Shown here: positions 51,678 through 64,000 of the stretch, one piece after another | How the letters are laid out: each line of letters begins with the position of its first letter | Position numbering within the stretch: position 1 is the first letter of the stretch | The notes under the pieces: generated by a model | Told to the model about the DNA's origin: nothing | The model's input: the letters and a program-made list of their open reading frames with translations, nothing else | Database searches by the model: none | Program-made: the position numbers and the translations under genes | Assembly: GCF_009914755.1 (NCBI RefSeq) | Contig: NC_060925.1 | Length of the DNA: 64,000 nt | DNA from: the human T2T-CHM13v2.0 reference genome, Homo sapiens | Strand: one strand, 5' to 3'

Positions 51678-51904
51678 TGTTCATGTTGGTGTGAATCCGT
51701 CTAGAAGTTAAATTGAATGTGGTGACTTTGACATGTGTATTACTGGAATAACTGGAAATCACTGTTATCCTAACTTACTTAGATGTGTTGTAGACTACTT
51801 ACTTCTTCCTTCAGAGAAGTAAATACAGCATACTTAACCAACAGACATTGAAAGCCTAATATGAGAATAAAAGAAACAGATGAAACCAAAAAACCAGTTC
51901 CATT

Positions 51905-52120
51905 AGGTAACTACTGTATTCTAGGCACACATATTATTTTATGTGATTCTTGCAGCAAACCCATACTTTTGATACTATGTATATATTTTATAGATAGGAA
52001 ACCAAGTTTCAGAACGTGTTAAGTAATTTTCTCAAGGTAATAAAAGTAGTAAATGAAAGAGCTAGGATTTAAACCCAAATAGTTTTTCTCCAAATCCATG
52101 CTTTTTCACAATACTGTGCT
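51905..52120 (-). mobile_element. MIR
   Basis: TTTTATAGATAGGAAACCAAGTTTCAG..GTTAAGTAATTTTCTCAAGGT..GAGCTAGGATTTAAACCCA. Confidence 0.8.
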
Positions 52121-52284
52121 TTATTATGACTTCAAACTATAATTGCCTAGTCTCTTCAACATGCAGTCCACACAACTGAAAATCAATTTTCTTTACAGTT
52201 CTCACAGAGCTATGATAATTGGTATTATATAGTGGGCAGCCTTATCTTTAGAGTGTGATTATTCCAACTCTTGTCCATCCTATT

Positions 52285-52950
52285 TTGGCTGGGGTGTTCA
52301 GAGAAGACTTCTCAGAGATGGTGACCTTAGAGCTGAGACCCAAAGGAGGAAATGAGGCCAGCCAGGTCACCATCTTGAGGGGGAATAAGTCAGGCAGAGG
52401 AAATAAAGGTGCAAAGTCCCCATGAAAGAAATAAGCTTTGTCTGAATACTTAGAATAAACTGAATGGGATGAGGGAGGGGTACAAAAGATGAGGTTGGAA
52501 AGACAGGGGTCAGTCAGTTTTTGCAGAATCTTGTAAACAAAGTAAAAAAATTAGCATTTTATTCCAATTGTAGCAGGAAAGGACTGCAGGATTTTTAGCA
52601 CAGATGTGCCATGATACCATTTATGCTTTAGAAAGATTATCAAGAGCATAATAAATTATTGGGAGCAAGAGTGGAAGGGGCCTGCTGGGAAGGCCTAGGA
52701 GTTTCAGATAAGAGAGCAGGGTTTCAGCAGTGCAGAGGGTGAGAAATCATCAGCTTTGGGATACATATCAGGGGTTATGCCAGCCTGATTTTTGGATGAT
52801 GGGAGGTGGATAATGGGAGGTGGATGTGAAGGAAAGAGAGGACTTAAGGTTGTCTGTGGTGCTTTTGTCCTGAGAAGGGTCCAATGAGACAGTGCTATTT
52901 ACCCAAGGATAACTGAGGAAGGAACAATTTTATGAGGGACATGTTAAGAT
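52285..52950 (-). mobile_element. L2 fragment
   Basis: CAGAGAAGACTTCTCAGAGATGGTGACCTTAGAGCTGAGACC..GCAAAGTCCCC..TTTATGCTTTAGAAAGATTA. Confidence 0.75.
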
Positions 52951-54579
52951 AGTGCTTTTTGCATAGAAAACTCTTAAAACACAGTTTTATAATGAATGAA
53001 GGATAAAGATTTAGACTGTTTTATTTGTGGTTACTCAATAAATACTTCACTGAGACAGTTTAAAAAATGATATAACCTAGCCTAAAGTAAGAATACAATT
53101 TTAAACAAAAACAAACAAAGCAGTCATTATAGCTAATGATAAAGTATATCACTGTACCATAGAAGAAGCACCATATATTCAGAGAAAAAAAGCTAAATGG
53201 TTGTGAAATTTCCTCTCAAGGTCATTTGGAAAGGCTATAATAAAAAGAAAAGAAAAGCAAGAAATAACAGCATGTCAAGTGGGCTGTTTACCACACCTTT
53301 TTCCACCACATAGGTAAGAAGTCACATCTTGTCAAATCTGCATAGTTCATGAGAATGGAATGCTTCAAGGAGACCAACCCTTTTCCACACCCTTAACTCT
53401 TTTTCTTTCATCCTAGAGTAAAAATAAAAATGAAACTTGACTTTCAGTAAGAAGAAACTGACCACAGGATTAAAGATATAAAGACAATTATTATAAAGAT
53501 ACTCTGATTTTTGACATCCTGTTTACAATGTGAGTGTGTATCTGTGTGCATAAAAGTTTTCTTGCCTTCTAATAGTGGTTTTTATTATTTTTATTAGACA
53601 CAGTGGGTAGAAATTTTTAACTGCTTTATTGAACGTGAGCACCAACACATATAATTTTGAATAACAACCAATAATATCAGAATTTTAAGTTTGTCCTAAA
53701 ATTAGTGAAAGACCTTTTGCTGAGCTTACTTATTAAGAACGTCCTCTTCAGCACTAGAAGTTTTACTCTTGGTGTTTTGCCAGAGAATTGTATAACCATT
53801 GCTCACATTCATCTCTCTTATCTAACTGATTGTAATTTCCTTTTTCTCACTTTTAAAACTTTAGTGTTTACTTTCTACTATATTCATTTTTCTTTTTTGA
53901 TATTTTGTTTGATAAGTATTCTTTATATATATTATTTCTTTAACCTGTTTTCAAGCCTCTTCAAGTATTTTCTAGACATTTATTTGGGGTGAAGCATGGG
54001 GATGCAGGAAGAAAGTTAAATAGTAGACAAGTACATGAATAAATATTACATTGGCATGTGTGTTTTCTCTATTTTTATGACTCACATGTTGAGACCCACA
54101 GCTAGGTCATATGCATTCATGGAGTTCATGTCATTTCTCCAGGGTTGAGTGTGTACAGAGCACGGGGCTAGGTATGAGCAACAGGTTGTTCTGTATTCAA
54201 GATGTATACCCAGTGGATCATTCCATCATTTGTTATTTATTTACATGTTGAATAGTCTATTATCCTTTCATATTGGACTGTTTCTCTGATCTTCACTATT
54301 AGAAATTAGGACCCAATAAAGTAAGGGATACTCCTATGAATGGGGGGCTGAGAAGCACAAGTAACACCAAAACATTAGTTCAGTGCCATTGAGAGAAATA
54401 CAACAACATTTCTGGTTTTTGAAATCAAGAATATTTAGTATAACCACTTATTATCTTCATGTATTCCATTTTCATTATGTTTCACACTAAAAGAAAGTGA
54501 ATACTTATCGAAATACCTTTAAAATGCATTTATTTTGAGTGACATTTATCTCTTCACATTTAAAATTACAGTCATGCTG

Positions 54580-54925
54580 AGTAGCAGACACTGTGGTTGT
54601 CCCTTGATATCTTCACATTTTTCATTGTAATAGTTAAGATGATGTTTCCAGCCTCCCCTGCGGGCTGAGTGACCATGTAACTAAGTTCTGGTGAGTGAGA
54701 CGTAAAGAGATATAAAAATGTGTGCAATTTCTAGGTCTAAGGAGATGAGGCATGTTGTCTTCTTCTTCCTTACCCCCTCCCTGTTGGCAGGGATGGGGAT
54801 CTAGTGGTGAGTCTACTGGACCATTCAAATGAAGTCAACTGCCTAGGACTAGCAAAGCATCATGATAGAAAAGGGTCAGCATTTCTTATGACATTGCAGA
54901 ATAGAGCCACAAAGTAACTCAGACT
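54580..54925 (+). mobile_element. Ancient MaLR LTR (MLT1H/I-like)
   Basis: TTTCCAGCCTCCCCTGC..GACCATGTAACTAAGTTCTGG..TGAGACGTAA..TGTGTGCAATTTCTAGG. Confidence 0.65.
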
Positions 54926-54928
54926 CAT

Positions 54929-54993
54929 ATATTATATTAGAATATCTCATTGACACATTATATTAGATATTATATTAGAATATCTCATTGACA
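54929..54993. repeat. 27-bp direct repeat with a related 11-bp spacer
   Basis: ATATTATATTAGAATATCTCATTGACA at 54929-54955 and 54967-54993; spacer CATTATATTAG. Confidence 0.9.
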
Positions 54994-55997
54994 GTATAAT
55001 ATCTGGACAAATTGATTTTCAAAATTATGTCTAAAAGGTTTTTTTTAAAAAAAACCCTATAACATGTTACATTCAGTCCTACCTATTTGTGTAAGTAGTC
55101 CTAGCTTGAGCTATACTGATTTTGTTACATATGAGAGGTGCATTTCTATTGAGATGAGCAAGAAATGTCTCAGCTATACTTATAGGCGAGTATACATTGT
55201 ATATTACACAATTGTCAGTAAATGGACATCTACATAAAAACAATATATATGCATGAAGATGGAGAGAGAACACTAAAGGATGCTGACATTACTGTGAGGC
55301 TCACCTTGCTAGTTAAGCCACTCATTCCTACATATCATACTCAAAGAGTATCAGAGTGAGCAAATCTGTGCTGTAGAAAAATCACAGGTTGCGTCATGTC
55401 AAAGATATTAGAAGTTTCTTGAGAGTTAAAGCCTTGAATCTTAGGTTTTTGAAGGCCCAGTGTCTGCTCTATGGCATTTTATAGTTTTGCTATTTGATCA
55501 TCTGGGGAGCATTTTTATGGCAGATGTTACCTAATGACTCCTTTAGTGATTAATCGAGGCATGCCTAGGAACTACTAAGGGGAAGAAACAGCTTTGTAAA
55601 TATATGAGACAAATATGATAGGAGCTGGTTACATGCACTGGGATGATCCTATAGCAACTTGTGTGATTTCTTAGTTGGTTGCTCACAGCCTTTACATGCG
55701 TTGCTTGCAAAGTATTTAGTGCTAAAGCTGGTAACACAAAACTAAAAGGCTCACTGCAAACATTTTGCTTACGAATAAAACATTTTCAGTAATTCTGGGA
55801 ACTTACAGGTTCGTTGTAACTGCTAATTGGAATCCTCATATGTTGACCAGAAAATCATAGTGAATAAGAAATGTGGTGATCATTTAACAATAAACTGCAG
55901 AAACGTAAGCCGAGCATTGTTATATGTTAATCAAAAGGCTTCAAATGGAATTATTGTGTGAAAGAACTCTTTCAAAAGGGATTGCTATAGGTCTCCG

Positions 55998-56235
55998 ATA
56001 GTAGCTATCATTTATGTAGTACTTATCATGGTTCAAATATGTGCTAAGTACTTTCTATAGATTATCTTGTTGAATCTTTAGTGTAACTCTATGAAGTAGT
56101 TACTATTATTGATTTGAAAAGGAAACTGAGATTTAGAATGTTTAAGCACATTGTCCCAAATAACAGAATTAATAATTGGTAGTACAAGGATATAAACCCA
56201 GGTTTGTCTGACTTCAAAGTTCATTCCCTTAATAT
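55998..56235 (-). mobile_element. MIR (near full length)
   Basis: ATAGTAGCTATCATTTATGTAGTACTTA..CTCTATGAAGTAG..AGGAAACTGAGATTTAG..AAACCCAGGTTTGTCTGACTTCAAAG. Confidence 0.85.
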
Positions 56236-57616
56236 GAAGCATGGATCTATTTATTGACAGAAAAAACAACCATATTCCATTTATGATAAGAAGTTGAATC
56301 AGTGTAATACATATGTTAAGACAAAGTAAAACAGTATCTAGTATAGTAAAGATCTTCCCAAATAAGCAGTTGAATCTATTTAATATATATTTATCCTCTT
56401 TGAATCTCTTCTTCCAAGTCTCTGTTCTTGTTATGGAGGTTTTCAGCAAAATGCACTTGGTCTTCCAACAACACATTGTTGAATATCCTTCCACACACAT
56501 TGCTTTTCTGTTCCCATGGAGGTATTCAAACACTCTTTATAATGCTCCTTTTAGCAGCAGAGCACCTTCTAGAGCCTCAGACAGCTATGTGATGTCATTG
56601 AGTGGCTGCAAGCATCTAAAAGGAAAAAAAATGCAACTGGTTTCATCTTGTCCTCTACTTGGACCAACATATAAATGACCAGGAGTTAAATCCATATTTG
56701 GAGCACTTGGAAATGAAATCTTATCTCTGGAAGTTGAAATAATGTAGTTAAGTCAATGTTTAAAATAAAATTTATTTGCAGGATTAAAATGTTTAGAAAA
56801 AAAACAGTTGGAGAAAGACAGCAAGAGGAATCTTCACTTTATAGAATGTTTTGGCACTTATAAATTATTCTGAAAAATATTAGATGAAAAAGATTTTTTT
56901 GACAATTTGTAGTTGTATGAGGAACGTCCATCAACAACAAATTGTTTAAAATGCAATCAAATGGTATTAATGTATCACATTTTTGCCTCTCTCAAGCATT
57001 TCTTACAAATTCACATTTATTTGTGGACTGGATTCTAACACTTTTTCATTTAAAAGTCATTTGAGAAATTTTAGGATCAAGTGCAAAGGAATGTTATGGA
57101 GTTGAGATGATAAGTATGACAGTAATTGAGCTTCACCAAAGAAGAATCTTATGAAATTGAAAGCAGAACATATTTAATTATTAAAAATATTTCATTACTT
57201 TATAACACTTAGAATGTAAAATATTTAGTCTCTATCCATGACACATTTATTTTAAGATCATGTAGTATTTGACAGTTTCAGAACAATGAATCTGAACGTT
57301 CCTTATAGGATTTTGGATCTGCATTTATTCTCATTCTGTTGATGTTCTGGGGAAAATATGTTGTCCTGGTGTATTGAGGTGGATACACTCTTCTACCCCT
57401 TCCACATTCTCTCTCTAATGAAGCCAATGGTATACCCTAGATAATAATAGATTTCTTTTAAACTTGTACATGGCCTCTGGTAGATTTTCAAATACAACAA
57501 AAACAAAAATAAGACAAAAATAAACCTCAAAAATAGTTTACAAATATCTCTCTAAAGAAAAAAAATCCAAAAAGAAAAAAACTAGAGAGAACTGCCTTAG
57601 AAATAAGGTGTATTAT

Positions 57617-58665
57617 CCAAAAGCAATGGCAATAAAAGCCAAAATTGACAAATGGTATCTAATTAAACTGAAGAGCTTCTGCACAGCAAAAGAAACTACC
57701 ATCAGAGTGAACCGGCAACCTAAAGAATGGGAGAACATTTTTGCAATCTACTCATCTGACAAAGGGCCAATATCCAGAATCTACAATGAACTCAAACAAA
57801 TTTACAAGAAAAAAACAAACAACCCCATCAAAAAGTGGGCGAAGGATATGAACAGACACTTCTCAAAAGAAGACATTTATGCAGCCAAAAAACACATGAA
57901 AAAATGCTCATCATCACTGGCCAACAGAGAAATGCAAATCAAAACCACGATGAAATACCATCTCACACCAGTTAGAATGAACATCATTAAAAAGTCAGGA
58001 AACAACAGGTGCTGGAGAGGATGTGGAGAAATAGGAACACTTTTACACTGTTGGTGGGACTGTAAACTAGTTCAACCATTGTGGAAGTCAGTGTGGCGAT
58101 CCCTCAGGGATCTAGAACTAGACATACCATTTGACCCAGCCATCCCATTACTGGGTATATACCCAAAGGATTATAAATCATGCTGCTATAAAGAAACATG
58201 CACACATATGTTTATTGCAGCACTATTCACAATAGGAAAGACTTGGAACCAAGCCATATGTCCAACAATGATAGACTGGATTAAGAAAATGTGGCACATA
58301 TACACCATGGATTACTATGCAGCCATAAAAAATGATGAGTTCATGTCGTTTGTAGGGACATGGATGAAGTTGAAAACCATCATTCTCAGCAAACTATCGC
58401 AGGGACAAAAAACCAAACACCGCATGTTCTCACTCATAGGTGGGAATTGAACAATGAGAACACATGGACACAGGAAGGGGAACCTCACACACCGGGGCCT
58501 GTTGTGGGGTGGGGGAGGGGGGAGGGATAGCATTAGGAGATATACCTAATGTTAAATGACAAGATAATGGGTGCAGCACACCAACATGGCACATGTATAC
58601 AAATGTAACAAACATGCACATTGTGCACATGTACCCTAAAACTTAAAGTATAATAATAAAAAAAT
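57617..58665 (+). mobile_element. 5'-truncated L1PA (about PA4-PA5) with ORF2 C-terminus and 3' UTR
   Basis: ORF 57608-58450 is the L1 ORF2p C-terminal region ([26 protein letters not shown]...[10 protein letters not shown]), followed by the G-rich 3' UTR. Perfect 16-bp TSD AAATAAGGTGTATTAT at 57601-57616 and 58666-58681. Confidence 0.98.
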
Positions 58666-61007
58666 AAATAAGGTGTATTATTATCCCATTAGCTGATGAC
58701 ATAGTAAAAATTCAGTGTCATCTGAGATACTGCCATAGGGAACAGCAGAGATTATTTCCATTGAATGTAGATAAACAAATTGATACCCCAAAGTCTGATT
58801 TTTTTTCTTATAGTTTCTCATTAGAGTCAATAAAACAAAAACCAAATCACAGTTGTCTTGAACAACCACTAGGAGTTCTATCCTTGTTAGGCTAGGCTGC
58901 CTCCATAAAAATGACACTGTTCCATGTGGCAGTCACTCATTTTACAAATCAAGCACTAAGAAGCTGAGGTAGAGCCTATGCTATTCACGTAGAACTGCAT
59001 TCCAGCTAAAAGCAGGGATAGGAGACAAGTGGTCTGGTGTTTACTTCAGCTTTCCACAGAGCAGTCATTAAATTTATAAATGCACATCCTCAGAATCTTC
59101 CATCCTTGTTGATTACTTTTTTAAAAACCTTCCATGTGGGTCTGTAGGAAAATTGTCCATAATTATATTATGTTGCAAACCTGGCCTAGCTGAATGCATT
59201 ATGTTATATGGTGTGAGAAGGAAAAACCTGCTTAGGTAATAAAATTCTTGCCTATAAGAATTTCTCTGGCATCTTTATCTCATTGAATAATGTCCATTAA
59301 CTTCTGCTACTTAGAAATTTGAAACAGCTCCCCAATTTCAAAATATTGCCTATGATTTTCATGCCAGCATCCAACACAATATTATTAAGGCTATATTTAA
59401 TTCTGGATTATGATCATTTTTACTCACCTACATGGGGAAAAATACATACACAGACATATATTCATTTATTCGTAAATAAATATGTACAAATATATGAAAA
59501 TACATTCCCAAAAGTTAATCATTATATGGCATATAATAAGTAATAATGGTTTTCAAAGGAAAAATAAATTTTATTTCTAGATTGAACGTATGTTATAAAA
59601 AATGATAACATTTGAACTTAAAATTCACAATTTTTTAAGATTCTTCATTCTTCAAATTGCCATGTTACTACTATCTTTTCCCTTGTACAGAATTAATCTA
59701 GAAGTGGAAATGTTTTGACTGGGTTCACACTGGGAGGGACTGAATTTGGAGGAAACATCCAACACTGGCAGTAGGCAAATTGGAAACCCAGAACTCACTT
59801 TAGTCTCCTAACACTCGCAGTATTTGTGTCATGGAGCCAGCTGTTGAGTGTATGCTGGTGTTATGGCCAATAGGTGGGCTTCTCTGGAGAAATTCTGAGA
59901 ATCTCACCTAGTATAAATCTATGTAGTGACACAAGGAAGTAATTCAGTCATTTAATTGACAGGGAACTGTTAACTCAACCAAAATGGTGGAATCAGTTGT
60001 GTGGTCAGGAAAAGTTGAGACACTCGACGGAAATTTATGTTTCAAAGGAAGTTGTGGGCTCCACCATCACTGAAGCTGCCACGTTTTTGCATAGATATGG
60101 CAATGGGAAGAAATGGCAGAAAGAAAGTAAATAAATAAAAGATCTTCTGCAAAATAGGAAAAATATTTAATTGATGTTGATAAGTACCATTGGCTTTATT
60201 TTCTGAAAATGAAGAAGATGCCTTTCAAAGTCATTGTCGTTCCATTAGGAATTCTTTTTGTCTGAAATGTTATACATCTAGGGTATGCAGCATGCTTGGA
60301 AATTAATCATATTTTGCTTTGTGACAACTCTTGAATAATTTTCTTGATTGTTATTTGACTTCTGTGTTTTTATTTAATTTTTCATAATTGGTATTGACTT
60401 TGTATTGAAAATTGCTCTAGTTGTTAGACTTTGCCTTAAAATTGTATTTCCTGCAGCACCTTCCAAGAGCCTTCACAGAGTAGGAGTTCAGCTAAGTATT
60501 TTATAAATTTATGATTTGATGTATTTCTGTAGGCTTAAGAATTGAAATTAATTAAAATATATTTGTAAAGTTTCAGATATAGTGTGTGGCTAAAACTAGC
60601 ATGCGGCACACTTGTTCAAAATTAGATAGACAAGGAGCACACACAGGATAAGAAGCCCGAGATATTTATGTACTCGGAAAAGAACTGTGTTTTAAATTAA
60701 AACTGAAATTCTATGTAAGTGTATTAATAGATATTTAGGAAACAGGGTAATATAATATGTTTAAAGAATAGAAACATAAGAAAAGGGTTTGGGCCATCAA
60801 AATTGAGTGTCATTTACAGCGTTACTTTTGTTTTTATGAGAAACCTTTGGTAGGAAGTGTAAAGACTACTTATTGTTCCATTTGGATAAGTACATCTTCT
60901 TATCAATAGAGTTGTGACATATCCATAAGAATCTCACACATTTGTTAAAAGCAATTAATGTAAAGCGAGTCTCTGAATTTTAAAATAGCTTGCTAACACA
61001 CATTAAG

Positions 61008-61425
61008 TGTCTTAGTCTGTTTCTATTGCTTAGAATACTTGAAACTGGATAATTTATTTTAAAAAGGAACTTATTTCTTATAGTTATGAGCTATGGAGGC
61101 TAGAAGTTCAAGGCTAGGGTGTCACTTCTGGGGAGGGCCTTCTTGCTGGTGGGGATTCTGGAGAGTCCTGAGGTGGCTCAGGGCATCACATGGTGAGCGG
61201 GCTGAGTGTGCTAGCTCAGGTCTCTCTTCCTCTTCTTATAAAACCACTAGTCCTACTCCCATAAAAGTTTATTAATTTATTAATCCACAAATGGATTAAT
61301 TCATTAATAGGAGCAGAGGCTTCATGACCTAGTTATCTCTTGAAGGCACCACCTTTCAATACTGCTACATTGGGGATTAAATTTCAACATGCATTTTGGA
61401 GGGGACAGATATTCAATCCATAGTA
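61008..61425 (-). mobile_element. MaLR LTR, MSTC-like
   Basis: TGTCTTAGTCTGTTT..GGGCATCACATGGTGAG..GCTAGCTCAGGTCTCTCTTCCTCTTCTTATAAAACCAC..GGGGATTAAATTTCAACATG..ATTCAATCCATAG. Confidence 0.9.
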
Positions 61426-61691
61426 GTGGGTTCTCTAAAAACACTAAACATAAATGAAGAGATGAATAGATCATTATTAAAAATCATCTTGAATAAAGGA
61501 TCTCTAATTATAAGGCCTGGGCTGATAAGTTAAAAAGTACAACTCAGTCGAAAGTGTTTTCATCAGTAGCTATTAGAAAAGAGAATATCTCTTCCACATT
61601 TATTCTTTTAATACAGTATTTGATAAATGAAATAGGGTGTGAAAGTCTTACATCTCTATATATGGCTAGAAAGGAAAATTTGGGATACATA

Positions 61692-61755
61692 AAATAGAAA
61701 GATAGATGATAGATAGGTAGACAGACAGATAGGTGAGTGTGTGTTTGTGTATGTG
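61692..61755. repeat. Imperfect (GATA/GACA)n plus (TG)n
   Basis: AGATAGATGATAGATAGGTAGACAGACAGATAG followed by a GT-rich run. Confidence 0.7.
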
Positions 61756-62254
61756 TTACACCAGGTGGCTCAAATTCTAGCCATAGCAGAATCTTTGTAA
61801 TTTTATAAACATGTCATTAACTTCCATAGTTTCAGGTGTCTGATCATGGTTCTCTCTCTGCCCTAGATGTTTTCTTTGCCTGTCTACGTGGAAAGCTCCC
61901 ATTTCTCCTTAAAGTCCAACTCAAATGTAGTCTCTTTTCTGAAGTCTTTTCTGACCCTCTAGGGAGAATTAGCAACTTCTGTGAGTATATTCCCATACCA
62001 AACTTTACAAGCGTTTGATAACATACTCTTCATTTTGTATCATGCTTCTTGTTGCATGTCTGCATCTCCCACTGCACTACAGGCTTCTCAAGGACAGAAT
62101 GATAATCCCCAGACTATTACTTTGATGTTTTGAAATAGAGAAATACAAGATTTGATTAGGATTAATAGTGAACTCAGAAAAAGGATATAAATGTTCAAGA
62201 GACAGCTTTCTAAAGAAAGCTTAGAAAGGTTACAAACAATTCACGAAAAAAATA

Positions 62255-62900
62255 AAAGCCAATAAACATGTTTAAAATGCTTGATCTCACACAAATCAAA
62301 GATTATTGTAACAAGTAAGAACACAAATTGAAAATATTTTTTAAAATTGTAGTAGCCTATACAAAAGAGTTGTGGAGAAAGTGGCTCTACCAAACTCTTT
62401 TTGTGGGAGTAAAAATGACTACAATACATCTAGAGAACATGTTGGTGATAAATATTGTGATCTTATAAATGTTTTCTGTTCCAAAAATTCCACATCCTAA
62501 GAAATCATCATAAACATACATAAACATGCATTATGTGTATTTACATGCATAAACACACATTATGTATGTTTACATACATAAACATACTTTATGTAAAGTA
62601 TACATTTCGTGTATGATAGGATAACATTGGCTACATCTTCAATGTCCAAAAATTTCAGATCAGTTAAATAAATTAACATGAAATATAATATGCAGACATT
62701 AAAATGATACCAACAAAAGGATGTTTATTGGTATAAAAATTTAGGAAATATTTAGAGAAACTGATTATATTATTTAATAATGCAAGATATGGGCACTATG
62801 ATCCCATTCATAACATCTTTCTACCCATTAGGAATAACACAGAAAATTATAGGTATTTATCATAACTAAAATGCAACAATTTTGGATGGTACTTTCCATG
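62255..62900 (+). mobile_element. Highly degraded old L1 (L1ME-like)
   Basis: GCCAATAAACATGTTTAAAATGCTTGATCTCAC, GGGAGTAAAAATGACTACAA, TCAATGTCCAAAAAT resemble the L1 ORF2 3' end. Confidence 0.55.
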
Positions 62901-63159
62901 TATTACAGTCTCTCCAGTATACATTTGTTTTCATCTGTTAGCAGAAACATTTGATGAAACTAAAATTAAAATAAAAATTGCTGAAGTTAATGTAACTTGG
63001 GATAGGAGGTAGAGCATCTTTTTCCCTGGAGGAAGCAGTAGGGCTGAGGACCAATGGGACTCTGAAACTGAGAATATAATGGCAGAGCTGGGGCCAATCA
63101 AGTGGCCATGATACTTGGGAGATTGGGTATATACAGAGAGATTGAGCGAATAAGTAAAT

Positions 63160-63720
63160 ATATTGGGTCTTTCTAATGATTAGATTCAACTTTTGCACCT
63201 TTGGCAGAAATGAAACAGAAATGACAGAATTCTTCCCATTGCCTGCTATCAGGGGCTCACAGTATCAACTGGTCTCATTAATGTTAATTTGAATTTCTTT
63301 GATTAAAGTGGAACTTTGGGTCTTCTCCACAGGAAAGTTATATTCTCCTCTTTGAAAGATTCATCAGGAACAAGATATTTACAGAGTTTCAAAATATGGC
63401 CCCACAAAATATCCTTATTAATCAATTTAATGTAATCAAATTAATTTACTTAATTGATTAATGTCAGTATGGATTCATAAATTCCCATTTTATTCAATGC
63501 ATTATTATCTACTACTGTCATGTTTTCATATTTATATTATCTTGGATTTTGCCATTGGAAACCCTTTCATGCCGATTTCTGTGTTCTTATGACATGACAT
63601 GTCATCATCATTCTTTGAGCACTTCCTTACTTTCTGGCAAAACCAAATGTTCTGACTTACCTACTACTTCTGTTGTGCCAAGCCTAGAATCAACCATTCT
63701 GCAGGTAACCATGGAGGAAC
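63160..63720 (-). mobile_element. Old L1 (L1MC/ME) 3' UTR fragments
   Basis: GATTAGATTCAACTTTTGCACCTTTGGCAGAAAT; TTTGAGCACTTCCTTACTTTCTGGCA..GCCTAGAATCAACCATT. Confidence 0.6.
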
Positions 63721-63739
63721 ATGGTATTTACTTATTTAA

Positions 63740-64000
63740 TTATTATTATTATTATTTTTTTTTTTTGGAGATGGAGTCTTGCTCTGTTGCCCAGGCTGGA
63801 CTGTAGTAGCATGATCTTGGCTCACTGCAACCTCCACCTCCTGGGTTCAAGCAATTCTCCTGCGTCAGCCTCCTGAGTAGCTGGATTACAGGTGTCAGCC
63901 ACCATGCCCAGCAAAATTTTTCTGTATTTTTAGTAGAGACAGGGTTTTACCAGGTTGGCCATGTTCGTCTCAAACTCCTGACCTCATGATCCGCCTGCCT
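63740..64000 (-). mobile_element. Alu, AluS-like (Sg/Sc), cut by the window end
   Basis: GAGATGGAGTCTTGCTCTGTTGCCCAGGCTGG...CTCAAACTCCTGACCTCATGATCCGCCTGCCT with (TTA)n/T tail. Confidence 0.95.

Noticed and set aside
56078-56678. 151-aa and 121-aa antiparallel ORFs
   Set aside because: Partly MIR-derived (NFEVRQTWV), with no recognisable domain or exon structure.
58503-58527. G-quadruplex-forming G-tract
   Set aside because: A standard feature of the L1PA 3' UTR, not locus-specific.

Overview
Primate (human-like) nuclear genomic DNA, visibly AT-rich and CpG-depleted, with no CpG island and no protein-coding gene, tRNA, rRNA or CRISPR array that I can recognise. Much of the window is transposable-element derived: seven near-full-length Alus plus one monomer, several L1 fragments (L1PA, L1PB, L1MA, older L1M), many L2/MIR/L3 remnants, a solo LTR12 (ERV9) LTR, MER57 and LTR33 LTRs, several MaLR LTRs including one apparently complete LTR-internal-LTR MLT1 provirus, and a Tigger2a DNA transposon. 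The longest ORFs are explained by Alu, L1 or simple repeats, and I treat the rest as chance ORFs. The unique sequence carries a series of + strand splice-site-like motifs (including two AG|GT recursive-splice-like sites), a cluster of three AP-1 sites and a small CpG-retaining patch. The window therefore looks like a long intron or lncRNA locus transcribed on +, but this is inference and I cannot name the locus. Subfamily assignments come from remembered consensus motifs and need RepeatMasker/Dfam confirmation; boundaries of ancient repeats are approximate. I found no convincing evidence of a novel biological system. The best leads are the candidate recursive splice sites and a possible LTR12-driven spliced transcript.
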